A DNA stretch of 64,000 nucleotides from Candidatus Marinacidobacterales bacterium (lineage in GTDB: Bacteria; Acidobacteriota; Vicinamibacteria; Marinacidobacterales; DATDRI01), in contig CBDCNP010000002.1 in assembly GCA_965219415.1 (NCBI GenBank), positions 2,208,001 through 2,272,000 of the forward strand. The letters are read 5' to 3'. Numbering within the stretch: the stretch's first letter is position 1; every line of letters starts with the position of its first letter. Shown one piece after another: positions 29,936 through 39,394 of the stretch. The notes under the pieces were generated by a model. That model made no database searches and was not told the DNA's origin. It was given only the letters and a program-made list of their open reading frames with translations. Both the position numbers and the translations under genes were made by a program.

Positions 29936-30907
29936 CTAACTAAGATTCTTCCGCCAGTAGCTCAGTAAGTCTGCGAGCGTCTGTTTCAACTCGGTTTCCG
30001 GTTTCCATCCCACGTCCGAACGTAGCTTGGTGTTGTCGCCGAGCACAAGCGGAGCATCGGCCGCGTGGAAACGAGCGGCGTCCACCTCCACGGTTACTTT
30101 GGTGTCGGCTAGGTCGCGAAGCGTTGCGAGAATCTCCTCCATCGAGAACGCCTCACCGCGGCAGATGTTGTAGGGGGCAGCTGGTTGTCCTCGTTCCAAT
30201 ACTTCTCGGTAACCCCGAACCACATCACGAACATCGCTGAAGTCTCGGCGGGCGGACAAGTTTCCGACTCGAATCGTAGGGCCCCGACGCCCGGCTTCGA
30301 TCTCCGCCACCTGGCGTGCGAAGCTCGAGCAAACATAGGAGGATTCCTGGCCTGGGCCGGTATGGTTGAACGAGCGCACCAGGAAAACGGGAAGCTCCTC
30401 CGCGAGAAAGAAACGCAGGCCCAGGACCTCCTGAGCCGTTTTGCTCACGCCGTACGGCGTGAGCGGACGTTGGGGTCGATCCTCCCCGATAGGCTGCTCT
30501 CCCTCAGGAACCAGCCCGTATTGTTGCGCTGACCCCACCAGCAACACCCGGGGGCGCATGCCGGTTTCCAGTGCCGCCTGGAGCACGTTGTGGCTGCCGA
30601 TGATGTTCGTCTCGAGCGCTCGGCGCGCGTTGGCCCAAGAGCCTTCGGGATTGGAAAAAGCCGCTAGATGATAGATCGCCTCGGGCTTGAAGTCGGAGAC
30701 GATCCGGGCCAAGGATGTCGCGTCCAGGATATCCGCCTCGTGAACTTCAACGTCAGGGACGCCAGGCACGTCCGGTGGTGGAGAATCCTCTCCCGGCTTC
30801 CGGTCGCCCGGTTGACGTATCCCAGCGACCTTGTCGTCCCGATCGAGTAAGTGGCGAGCGAGGTGGCCGCCAGCGAATCCAGCCACCCCGGTAACGAAGG
30901 CTTTCAT
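29936..30907 (-). CDS. Extended SDR, GDP-4-keto-6-deoxymannose reductase (Rmd)-like
   Basis: TGVAGFAG, HLAA, PYGVSK, FNHTGPGQ, GNLSARRDFSDVRD. Confidence 0.75.
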   Translation of the reverse strand: MKAFVTGVAGFAGGHLARHLLDRDDKVAGIRQPGDRKPGEDSPPPDVPGVPDVEVHEADILDATSLARIVSDFKPEAIYHLAAFSNPEGSWANARRALETNIIGSHNVLQAALETGMRPRVLLVGSAQQYGLVPEGEQPIGEDRPQRPLTPYGVSKTAQEVLGLRFFLAEELPVFLVRSFNHTGPGQESSYVCSSFARQVAEIEAGRRGPTIRVGNLSARRDFSDVRDVVRGYREVLERGQPAAPYNICRGEAFSMEEILATLRDLADTKVTVEVDAARFHAADAPLVLGDNTKLRSDVGWKPETELKQTLADLLSYWRKNLS

Positions 30908-30909
30908 TT

Positions 30910-31869
30910 CTATCGGATAGTTTCTCGCCAATACTCCAGCATATCGGCCAGCGTCTTCTCGTAGGGTATCTTGGGCTCCCATCCGGTGGCTGTCTTGAAC
31001 TTGGTGTAGTCCCCCAACAAGACGGGCACGTCGGAGGGGCGAAGTCGCGCCGGGTCGGTTTCCACTTTGACCTTCACGCCTGACAACTCGATGAGTCGGT
31101 CCAGTACCTCTTGGATGGAATAGGCCTTTCCGCTACAGATGTTATAGACCTCTCCCGCTTCGCAGCACTCGGTCGCAAGCCAATAGCCACGGACGATGTC
31201 CCGCACGTCGGTAAAGTCTCGACGGGCCTCCAGGTTCCCGACATGAAGCACCGCCGGCTTTTTCTCTTTTTCCACCTCGATCAGCTGTTTCGCGAAATTG
31301 GAGGAAACGAACACCTCTCCTCTTCGCGGGCCGTCATGATTGAAGCCTCGAGTCCGCACCACTTTCAGGCCGAAGCTCTTGTGGTATTGGTATCCCAAGT
31401 AGTCCTGCCCGATCTTGCTCACCGCGTAGGGCGAAAGAGGGCGCAGCGGATTGGTCTCCTTAATAGGGAGCTCATCCTCATGAACCAACCCGTACTCCTC
31501 ACTCGAGCAGGCGAGCTGAATCCAAGGTTCGATCTCGAGTTCGCGTATCGCCTCGAAGATGTTCAGCTGGCCCAAGACGTTCGTGGTGAGCGACTCTGCG
31601 GGGGCGTTCCAAGAGGCCGGCACGTAGCTCTGCGCCGCTAAATGGAAGACCTTGTCGGGACGCACCCGACCGAGCAGCGTCTTCACCGAAGTAGCATCAC
31701 GAAGGTCGCACTCGATCAGCTCGATGCGCTCCTCGATGGCCTGGATGTTCTCGGTACGACTCCTCCATCTCATGATCCCGTAGACTTCGGTGTCCGGATG
31801 GTCGGCAAGGATGTACTCGGCTAGATGACTTCCGGCGAATCCGGTGATACCGGTTATGAGAGCTCGCAA
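30910..31869 (-). CDS. gmd: GDP-mannose 4,6-dehydratase-like SDR
   Basis: TGITGFAGSHL, HLAAQSYV, SSEEYG, SPYAVSK, FNHDGPRRGEVFV, RLRPSDV. Confidence 0.78.
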   Translation of the reverse strand: MRALITGITGFAGSHLAEYILADHPDTEVYGIMRWRSRTENIQAIEERIELIECDLRDATSVKTLLGRVRPDKVFHLAAQSYVPASWNAPAESLTTNVLGQLNIFEAIRELEIEPWIQLACSSEEYGLVHEDELPIKETNPLRPLSPYAVSKIGQDYLGYQYHKSFGLKVVRTRGFNHDGPRRGEVFVSSNFAKQLIEVEKEKKPAVLHVGNLEARRDFTDVRDIVRGYWLATECCEAGEVYNICSGKAYSIQEVLDRLIELSGVKVKVETDPARLRPSDVPVLLGDYTKFKTATGWEPKIPYEKTLADMLEYWRETIR

Positions 31870-31928
31870 AGTTCCTCCTAGGGTCCGACGTTACTGATCT
31901 GGGAGAACAAGTGTCTCGAGGCGAGGCG

Positions 31929-32945
31929 TTACTTGCGGCCCTCACCGTATTGCTTTTGGTAGAACTGCTTGTATTCCTGACTACCGGACTTGATGTCCTT
32001 CCACCACCCCTGGTGCGACCGGTACCACTCTACCGTGGAGGCCAGCCCCTCGTCGAAGTCGACACTGGACCTAAAGCCCAGTCCGCGAAGCCGGGTCGTA
32101 TCTAGGCTATAGCGACGGTCGTGCCCGGGCCGGTCGACCACCTGCTTTATCAGACTCTTGGGCTTTCCCACGAGTTCCAAGATTCGCTCGGTAAGCTCGA
32201 GGTTGCTGAGCTCGGTGCCGCCCCCGATATTATAAGTCGTGCCGGGTTGCCCCTTCTCGATCACGAGATCCAGAGCACGGCAATGATCCTCCACGTGTAG
32301 CCAGTCGCGAACCTGAAGCCCATCACCGTAGAGCGGCAGCGGCTCGCCCTCCATCGAGTTCGTGATGAACAACGGGATGACTTTCTCCGGATACTGGCGA
32401 GGACCGTAGTTGTTCGACGCCCTAGTGACGATCACCGGCAGCCCGTATGTCGTGAAGTAGGAGTAGGCTAAGCGATCCGCTCCCGCCTTGCTCGCGGAAT
32501 AAGGATTACGCGGAGCCAGCGGATCCTCCTCGCGGGCAGATCCAGAGCCTATACTCCCGTAGACCTCGTCGGTCGAAATCTGGACGAAAAGCTGCGACCT
32601 GGACTCTAGGCGAACTGCTTCCAAAAGAACGAAAGTGCCATAGACATCCGTGAGAATGAACTGACCAGCATCGTGGATGGAGCGATCGACATGAGTCTCC
32701 GCAGCAAAGTTAACGATGATGTCCGCCTCGGCAACCAGTGGCTCCACCGCCGAGCGATCGCATATGTCTCCCTTGACGAAACGGTAACCCGAATGCGCCT
32801 CCAAACCTTCCAGGTTCGCCAGGTTCCCAGCGTAAGTAAGCTTATCAAGGTTTGTAACGCGCCAATCCGGATGGGCTCGGGTCAGAGAATGAATGAAGTT
32901 ACTACCAATGAAGCCCGCGCCACCAGTCACGAGGATGTGGGTCAT
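31929..32945 (-). CDS. rfbB: dTDP-glucose 4,6-dehydratase
   Basis: TGGAGFIGSNF, DKLTYAGN, AAETHVDRSI, STDEVYG, DRPGHDRRY. Confidence 0.96.
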   Translation of the reverse strand: MTHILVTGGAGFIGSNFIHSLTRAHPDWRVTNLDKLTYAGNLANLEGLEAHSGYRFVKGDICDRSAVEPLVAEADIIVNFAAETHVDRSIHDAGQFILTDVYGTFVLLEAVRLESRSQLFVQISTDEVYGSIGSGSAREEDPLAPRNPYSASKAGADRLAYSYFTTYGLPVIVTRASNNYGPRQYPEKVIPLFITNSMEGEPLPLYGDGLQVRDWLHVEDHCRALDLVIEKGQPGTTYNIGGGTELSNLELTERILELVGKPKSLIKQVVDRPGHDRRYSLDTTRLRGLGFRSSVDFDEGLASTVEWYRSHQGWWKDIKSGSQEYKQFYQKQYGEGRK

Positions 32946-34006
32946 GTAACGTCGACCTGGCTACTGTCTCCCAACATGAAACGATGGGCCTTGGGTGTTG
33001 ACTGGGAGCGCTCGATGCGAACGCTGTAGCCCACCAGGCTGTCGACCATACGGCCGCCCAGCTCTAGGATGACACTGCCCGATAAGATAATGCTGTGCTC
33101 GACTTCACTCGCTCTAATGTGAACGTTGTTTTGTATCGAGGTAAAGGGACCGACGTAGGAGCGCTCGATTCGTGAGCCTGCTCCGATGATCGCTGGCCCG
33201 CGCACGACACTCCCGATGATCTCCGCGCCTGCGTCGATCACGACCTTGCCTTCGACACGCGACTCACTATCCACCCGACCGGCCACGCTTGGTTCCAGGC
33301 TATCTAGTACCAACCGATTCGCTTCCAAGATGTCATCGCGCTTGCCGGTGTCCTTCCACCAGCCGTCGACCACATGGGGGCTCACCTCATGGCCATGATC
33401 GATCAGGTACTGGATAGCATCGGTGATCTCCAGCTCGTTTCGAAGAGACGGGCTGATTGCGCGCGCCGCTTCGAAGATGGGAGCGCTGAACATGTACACA
33501 CCTACCAGGGCGAGATCGCTTCGGGGTTTTTGGGGTTTCTCCTGTAGGCGTGTTACTCGGCCATCTGTGAGCTCCGCGACTCCGAACTGCTCGGGATGCG
33601 GGACACGCGCCAACAAGATCTGAGCGGTTGGTCGTTTCTCGCGGAACTCTCCGACCAAGCTCTCGATACCATTCGCGAGAATATTGTCCCCCAGATACAT
33701 CACGAACGGATCCTTCGCCACAAACTCCTCCGCGGTCAGCACCGCGTGGGCGAGCCCTAGCGGAGCCTCCTGAGGAATAAGACCGATCTTCGCTCCCCAT
33801 CGCGACCCGTCGCCGACCGCCTCCTTAATTTCATTCGCCGTTTCTCCAACGATGATGCCGATGTCAGAGATCCCCGCGGCGCGGATAGCCTCGATGCCGT
33901 AAAAAAGGATGGGCTTGTTCGCCACCGGCATGAGCTGCTTGGCTCTAGTGTGGGTGAGCGGTCGGAGCCGGCTCCCGGTCCCGCCACTCAGGATAAGGCC
34001 CTTCAT
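32942..34006 (-). CDS. rfbA: Glucose-1-phosphate thymidylyltransferase (long form)
   Basis: GGTGSRLRPLT, KQLMPVANKP, YLGDN, ELEITDAIQ, WWKDTG, C-terminal hexapeptide region. Confidence 0.93.
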   Translation of the reverse strand: MKGLILSGGTGSRLRPLTHTRAKQLMPVANKPILFYGIEAIRAAGISDIGIIVGETANEIKEAVGDGSRWGAKIGLIPQEAPLGLAHAVLTAEEFVAKDPFVMYLGDNILANGIESLVGEFREKRPTAQILLARVPHPEQFGVAELTDGRVTRLQEKPQKPRSDLALVGVYMFSAPIFEAARAISPSLRNELEITDAIQYLIDHGHEVSPHVVDGWWKDTGKRDDILEANRLVLDSLEPSVAGRVDSESRVEGKVVIDAGAEIIGSVVRGPAIIGAGSRIERSYVGPFTSIQNNVHIRASEVEHSIILSGSVILELGGRMVDSLVGYSVRIERSQSTPKAHRFMLGDSSQVDVT

Positions 34007-36211
34007 CTATTGGATCCGCGATTGCCCGCCGAGTTGGGTGCCGAACGACCCGATGTTGGCCAGCGTGATGCCAACCCGGAAGAGATTCTCGTCCCGAACC
34101 GTACCGAAACGGTATCGGGCCCACTCCGCCATGAAGCCGCAACACTGAATGTTGTAGTCGACACTCGCCCGGACCAGGTTCAGCTCGGCCCGCTCGACGT
34201 CGTAGGCGGACTCGAAGCGCAATCGAACGGTGCGTGTCACGTTCAAACTGGTAACGCCGCGAAGGTTCCGGCGCTCTCGGCCGGAAGTAAGTTGTACGCT
34301 TTGGGCCAGCGAGCCGCTGACGTTGCCCCACCCACCACCGTAACTCCCGACCAAGCTCATCGAGCGCATCCTCTTGAAATTGACGTCATACTCGAAATTC
34401 CAGGAAGCGGCCAGTCGGCCGGTAGGACGGAAGCGTAGCTTCGAAGTAATCGGGGAATAGCTGCTGGGAACGCCGTCCTCGGTGAAAAAGGGCGTACTGA
34501 ATTGGCGATCGTAGAGGCTGGCATCGACCTGGAGAAAGTATCTCTGTGCAAGCGTCCAGGTGAGAAACTCGTAGGGAACTGCTTTGTTGCTCTTGCCAAT
34601 TTTGCGCTTGGCCAGAAATCGATTCACGAGAGAAAAGGAAAACTGGTTGGTACCCGGAACGTAGTCGTTGGAGTCGAACTTGGGGATGTCTCCGAAGTTG
34701 TCGACCAGCGAGCGATAGCTCCAAATGAGCTGCGGCTCGATAACGTGCTTGTACTTTTCCGCATATCCGTTCCCGGGGGTATTGAAAATGCGAGAAAAAG
34801 TCGGTCCCCTTACGTCGACACGAACCTCGCTGTAAGTTCGGTCCAAAGCATCTCCGGTCACTTCTCCAGCCGAGTTAGTTTGCTGCGAGTAGCGCGTGAA
34901 GCGCGTGATGAACGAGGTTCGCGCGGTCAGGAAAGGCCACACATTGAAAGGGTAGGAAATAGTTGGCAGGACGTCGTAGCGTTGATAATCAACCAGATCG
35001 TCTCGCACACTTCGGGAAAACGAAGAAGCGGAAGTGCTAAAACCGAACAAGATCGGTGTCGGGCCGATCTTCGTCTGCCTACCCTGGAAAGCGACGCGGG
35101 GAAGTATCTCCCGGAAACTAATTCTATCTGTGAAAGACGTCTCATTGCGATCGTAGAGGAAACGTAGGGTGTAAGCCGACCAGGATCGAGCCACGTTCAC
35201 GGTGGCTCGCTTCGAGCGGCGGGTCAAATCTTTATAGCTCTCCTGGAACGTTTGCTGGAAGGCGAAGGAGCTGAAGTAATCGACGCGCGCAATCGTCGAG
35301 AAGTCGCCCGGAAGCCGCTGGTTAACGTTCGCCCTGATCTGCCATTCCTTCTGTTCTAAAACCTTGTCGTCGATGTAGTAGGACTCGAAGCGACCCCGCG
35401 ACGCTCCAGAAAGCAGGTAGCGGTACTCGGTTCCTAGCCCCACCCCACTCTGGGAAAACCAATCGAAGTTGATGGTCGCATCGTGGGAGCGGCTGATGGC
35501 CCAGAAGAAACCCTGGCTGACCATGAACCCCTTGAAGCTAGAGTTTCCTATTTGGGGAAGCAGCAAGCCCGTCGATCGGTTTTTTTCATCGATCGGGTAG
35601 TACAGATACGGCAGATAGAAGACCGGCAACGACTTCACCTTAAGGAACGCGCCGTGGAGGGAAACATGGTGGTCGCGACGGATGATGGCCTTTCCCGAGG
35701 TGAATCGCCAGCGAGGCGTCGGCTGAGCGCAAGACGTGAACGCTCCTCGTTCCACGACGTAGATATCGTCCGACTTCTTCTCCACCACATCACCTTGGAA
35801 GTAAAGATCGTTGCCCGAGCTTCCGGAGGCGTTGTAGAACCTGCCCGTCCCGGTCTCGAGATCGACTTCCATCCGATCACCAACGATCTTTTGGTTGCCC
35901 TGCTGAAAGACGACGTTGCCTTCCGCGACGACTCGCATCTCCTCGTTCCAGAAATCGACTTTGTCTGCCGAGATGCGGATGTCCCCCGACACGATGTCCA
36001 CGTAGCCGGTCGCCTTGACATGCCCCTTCTCGATCTGTTCTTGCTCATCGGCGTTGAGAGTGACCGAGCCGGGCGGGAGAGGAGCCGGTGATTGGGCCTG
36101 TTGAGCCTGCTGGGATTGTCCTTTTTGCCGAGAAGAGTCGTCTTCTTGGCCGTTTTGCCCGCGGGCGACGGTCGCTGCGGTTAGAAGAAAGATAATTATC
36201 AGTCTCAACAT
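34007..36211 (-). CDS. lptD: LPS-assembly outer-membrane protein LptD
   Basis: Signal peptide, OstA-like N-domain, FTSC..P.P.W, RSTGLLLP, beta-barrel, QCC near the C-terminus. Confidence 0.88.
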   Translation of the reverse strand: MLRLIIIFLLTAATVARGQNGQEDDSSRQKGQSQQAQQAQSPAPLPPGSVTLNADEQEQIEKGHVKATGYVDIVSGDIRISADKVDFWNEEMRVVAEGNVVFQQGNQKIVGDRMEVDLETGTGRFYNASGSSGNDLYFQGDVVEKKSDDIYVVERGAFTSCAQPTPRWRFTSGKAIIRRDHHVSLHGAFLKVKSLPVFYLPYLYYPIDEKNRSTGLLLPQIGNSSFKGFMVSQGFFWAISRSHDATINFDWFSQSGVGLGTEYRYLLSGASRGRFESYYIDDKVLEQKEWQIRANVNQRLPGDFSTIARVDYFSSFAFQQTFQESYKDLTRRSKRATVNVARSWSAYTLRFLYDRNETSFTDRISFREILPRVAFQGRQTKIGPTPILFGFSTSASSFSRSVRDDLVDYQRYDVLPTISYPFNVWPFLTARTSFITRFTRYSQQTNSAGEVTGDALDRTYSEVRVDVRGPTFSRIFNTPGNGYAEKYKHVIEPQLIWSYRSLVDNFGDIPKFDSNDYVPGTNQFSFSLVNRFLAKRKIGKSNKAVPYEFLTWTLAQRYFLQVDASLYDRQFSTPFFTEDGVPSSYSPITSKLRFRPTGRLAASWNFEYDVNFKRMRSMSLVGSYGGGWGNVSGSLAQSVQLTSGRERRNLRGVTSLNVTRTVRLRFESAYDVERAELNLVRASVDYNIQCCGFMAEWARYRFGTVRDENLFRVGITLANIGSFGTQLGGQSRIQ

Positions 36212-36386
36212 CGAGCGAGACCCGATCTCGACCCCCTTAGTCCTTTTGGACGAACGCATTATGCACCGTGGGCACACGTTTTTCCAAGCCCACTTTCCTT
36301 ATCATCCCGTAACTGGTTCCCTAGAGGGACTTACGCTCCTACTGGCGCTTTGCCTGCGGACAGGTCATGCTTACGGTCTTAGGCGA

Positions 36387-37823
36387 ATGACCGTCACGGC
36401 CGTGAAACCAGAGGTCTTGCTCGTATCGTGTTACGAGCTTGGCCACCAGCCCATGGGGCTTGCCAGCCCCATGGCGTTCCTTGCCCGAGCCGGGTTCCCG
36501 GTCACCGCGGTCGATGTCTCGGTCGACTCTTTGGAGAAGCACGCGGACCTCGTCCGTGGGGCCCGCCTTGTCGCCATCTCCGTTCCCATGCACACCGCCC
36601 TGCGTTTGGGCTCACGTGTCGCACGGCGAATCCGGGAATTGAATCCGAGCTGCCATCTTTGTTTTTACGGACTGTACGCAACCCTAAATCGTGGTTACCT
36701 CCTACAGAACGGCGCGGACTCGGTCTTGGGAGGAGAGTCGGAGCAGTCTTTGGTACGCCTCGCGGAAGGACTTGCCCAAGGCGGCGACACCCTCCCAACC
36801 GTCTCCGAGCCGGTGCTGGAGCGACTTCGGTTCCCGGTGCCACTACGTCGCGGCCTGCCGCCACTCGAGAAGTACGCCCACTTGGAACGCGATGGAAACC
36901 ACGGCCCGGTCGGCTATGTCGAAGCGAGTCGTGGATGCCTGCGCCACTGCTTGCATTGCCCGATCCCGCCGGTATACCAAGGTCGCTTCTTCGTAGTACC
37001 CCAGGACGTCGTGCTCGACGACATTCGCCAGCTCGTCGACTCGGGAGCCACCCACATCACATTTGGGGATCCCGATTTCTTGAACGGACCGGGGCATTCA
37101 CTGGCGGTGGCCCGTACGCTCCACCAGGAGTTTCCCGAGCTCACGTTCGACGTCACCGCGAAAGTGGAGCACATTCTGAAACACCGAGCCTTGTTACCGG
37201 AGCTCCGCCGCCAAGGCTGTATCTTCGTCGTGTCCGCCATCGAATCCCTCAGCGATCACGTTCTGAATCAGCTCGACAAAGGACACACGCGCCAAGACGC
37301 CATCGAAGCGGTGAGCGCTCTCCGACTCGCCGGAATCGCGCCACGCCCGACATGGGTCTCGTTCACACCCTGGACGACGCTTCGGGACTATCTCGACGTC
37401 CTCGAGTGGGTGGATGAGGAGGGGATTATCGGTCATGTCGACCCCGTACAATTCGCGGTCCGCCTGCTCGTTCCCCCCGGCTCCTTACTGCTAGAGAGGG
37501 CGGCGATTCAGCCCTTCTTGGAACCACTCGTGCCAGAGAGGTTCACTCATCCGTGGAAACACCCCGACCCGAGAATGGATCTCCTCCACGATCGCGTCAG
37601 CGAGCTCGTCGAGGCATCCGTTTCGAATGACGAGGATCCTTTTGAGACTTTTTCACGCATCCGCGAATTGGCTTGGTCCAAGCTCGAAACGGGAAAACCC
37701 CCGCCAGAGCGAAGAGGAAGGTCCGAGCGTGGAACGCACCCCCCTCGGCTCACCGAAGCGTGGTTCTGTTGATCAGAGCCCACCGAGGGCCAGTTCGGCC
37801 CGCTGGAGAATCCGGGCATTTGA
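36387..37823 (+). CDS. CUAEP/CCAEP-tail-type radical SAM protein, probable selenoprotein (TGA 37770-37772 read as Sec)
   Basis: B12-binding-like N-domain (SCYELGHQP, ISVPMHTA); SRGCLRHCLHC cluster motif; C-terminus PRLTEAWFC-TGA-SEPTEGQFGPLENPGI-stop; hairpin after the TGA. Confidence 0.85.
37780..37806 (+). promoter_or_regulatory. Candidate bacterial SECIS hairpin
   Basis: GGGCC-AGTTC-GGCCC stem-loop with lower CCA/TGG pairing; loop begins 19 nt after the in-frame TGA and has G at position 2. Confidence 0.6.
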
Positions 37824-37872
37824 GGGCGAAACGCAGACCGCCTATGATGAAGCGGAATAGGGAGAGTATGAG

Positions 37873-38469
37873 ATGAGCGAAGAGATCAAGATCACCGCCG
37901 AGCCGAAGGATACAGAGACCTGCAGCTTCATCATCGATCGACCGGTCCATGAAGAAGGCTCCGCCTACTTTGACGATCCAGACCGGGCCAGTGGCTCTCC
38001 GTTACCTGAAAAACTCTTTGCCCTGGGTGGCGTCAAGACCGTTCTGGTGCAGGACAACAAAGTGACCATCACCGTGGGAGACACCGGCGCCGATTGGCTT
38101 CCGTTGGCCAAGCAAGTCGGTGCGACCATCCGCACCGTAATCGAATCGGGCGAGAAACCCATCTCCGCCTCCCTGCTCGACTCCATGCCTCCCTCCGAGC
38201 AGATCAAGAAGGTGATAGAAGAGCTCTTCATTCGGGAGATCAACCCCGCGATTGCCGCGCATGGCGGTTTCGTGGAGCTGCTAGATGTGAAGGGGAACGA
38301 AGTCTATCTCCGTCTTGGAGGTGGGTGCCAAGGTTGCGGGATGGCGGATGTTACCCTGAAACAGGGAATAGAAACCTCCATCCGCAAGGCGGTGCCCGAG
38401 ATCGGAGCCATCATGGACACGACCGACCACGCGGCGGGAAGAAACCCCTATTACGCGCCCTCCAAGTAG
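37873..38469 (+). CDS. NfuA/NifU-like Fe-S cluster carrier (Nfu N-domain + NifU C-domain)
   Basis: SPLPEKLF, INPAIAAHGG, GGGCQGCG, TLKQGIE, DTTDHAAGRNPYY. Confidence 0.9.
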   Translation: MSEEIKITAEPKDTETCSFIIDRPVHEEGSAYFDDPDRASGSPLPEKLFALGGVKTVLVQDNKVTITVGDTGADWLPLAKQVGATIRTVIESGEKPISASLLDSMPPSEQIKKVIEELFIREINPAIAAHGGFVELLDVKGNEVYLRLGGGCQGCGMADVTLKQGIETSIRKAVPEIGAIMDTTDHAAGRNPYYAPSK

Positions 38470-38514
38470 GCAGGCGGCAAGAAAAGCCAGCCCGCGCTCA
38501 CGGCCCCACCTGGT

Positions 38515-38536
38515 AGTGTCCTAATTTTAGGACACT
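38515..38536. repeat. Perfect 10-bp inverted repeat (operator- or REP-like)
   Basis: AGTGTCCTAA-TT-TTAGGACACT. Confidence 0.6.
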
Positions 38537-38716
38537 CCCCCCCGCCTTCCCCTGTTGACTAGCCCCCAGGGTCAGTGTTATATGTCCCTACCCAACCAAA
38601 AGTGGGCTGCAACCAAACCTTACAGCCTAAAACAGTAGCCTTTTTCGCGGCTTTTCTTGGCGTACGAGAGTACTGATGTGTGCTTAACCGCCACGTCGAG
38701 TTGACGGAGTCTACCT

Positions 38717-39394
38717 TGATGCAACAGATGGGTGTTAAGGTCGTTTGGTTCTGCACGAGCTTGAGCAACCCCAACGAGACGAGCCTCTGCCAATCTCGAT
38801 GCCTTGAATTTCCTGCGCGCCCTCAAGGGGGAGCGCATCGAGGGGGAAGCAACGATCCCCATCGCCGGTCAAAATCGGCGTCTCAGCAATTCCAACCTGG
38901 ATGAAGCGATCGACTGGTTCGGAGAAATGGTCGCCGGCTATTTCCAGCGTCAGGGGATAGATTCGCCGTTTTACCTGGTTCCCATTCCGGACACCAACAC
39001 GACGTTGGAATCGACTACTGGCCCCTGGACGTCGGTGACAGCGATAGCTATTGCCTCCAAGTTCGAAGGTGATGTGGAAGCTCTAGACGTTCTTCGCTGG
39101 AAAAAGAATCTCTCCCACCTCAGTGCGGAGGCGCAGGACTCCACTCGGCTATACGAGAACCTAGCCCTGCTCGGAAAGAACAAATGGGACAAACCGGTAG
39201 TGCTGGTGGACTACCTGGCGGCTAACGCGGCGCGAGCCCAGGCCTGTGAGGCGTTCTTGAGAGAGAACGGCGCTCGCGTCCTTCTGTGTGTGTTTGCGGG
39301 AAGAATCGTCCCGCAGAAGCCCGAGAAGAACTTTGCGGTTTTCAAAGCCGAGGTCGCGGGAATCAACCCTGGTCCCCCTCGCTCGGCGGACTGA
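38717..39394 (+). CDS. Degenerate type I phosphoribosyltransferase-fold (ComF-like) protein; probable frameshift near 38800
   Basis: YLVPIP, DVLRW, KPVVLVDY..., L.E.GA pattern. The N-terminus probably comes from the 38717 ATG frame. Confidence 0.5.

Noticed and set aside
36428-37417. 329-aa alternative-frame ORF inside the radical SAM gene, and similar long overlapping or antisense ORFs
   Set aside because: Arg/Pro/Gly-rich with no motifs; expected from stop-codon scarcity in GC-rich DNA.
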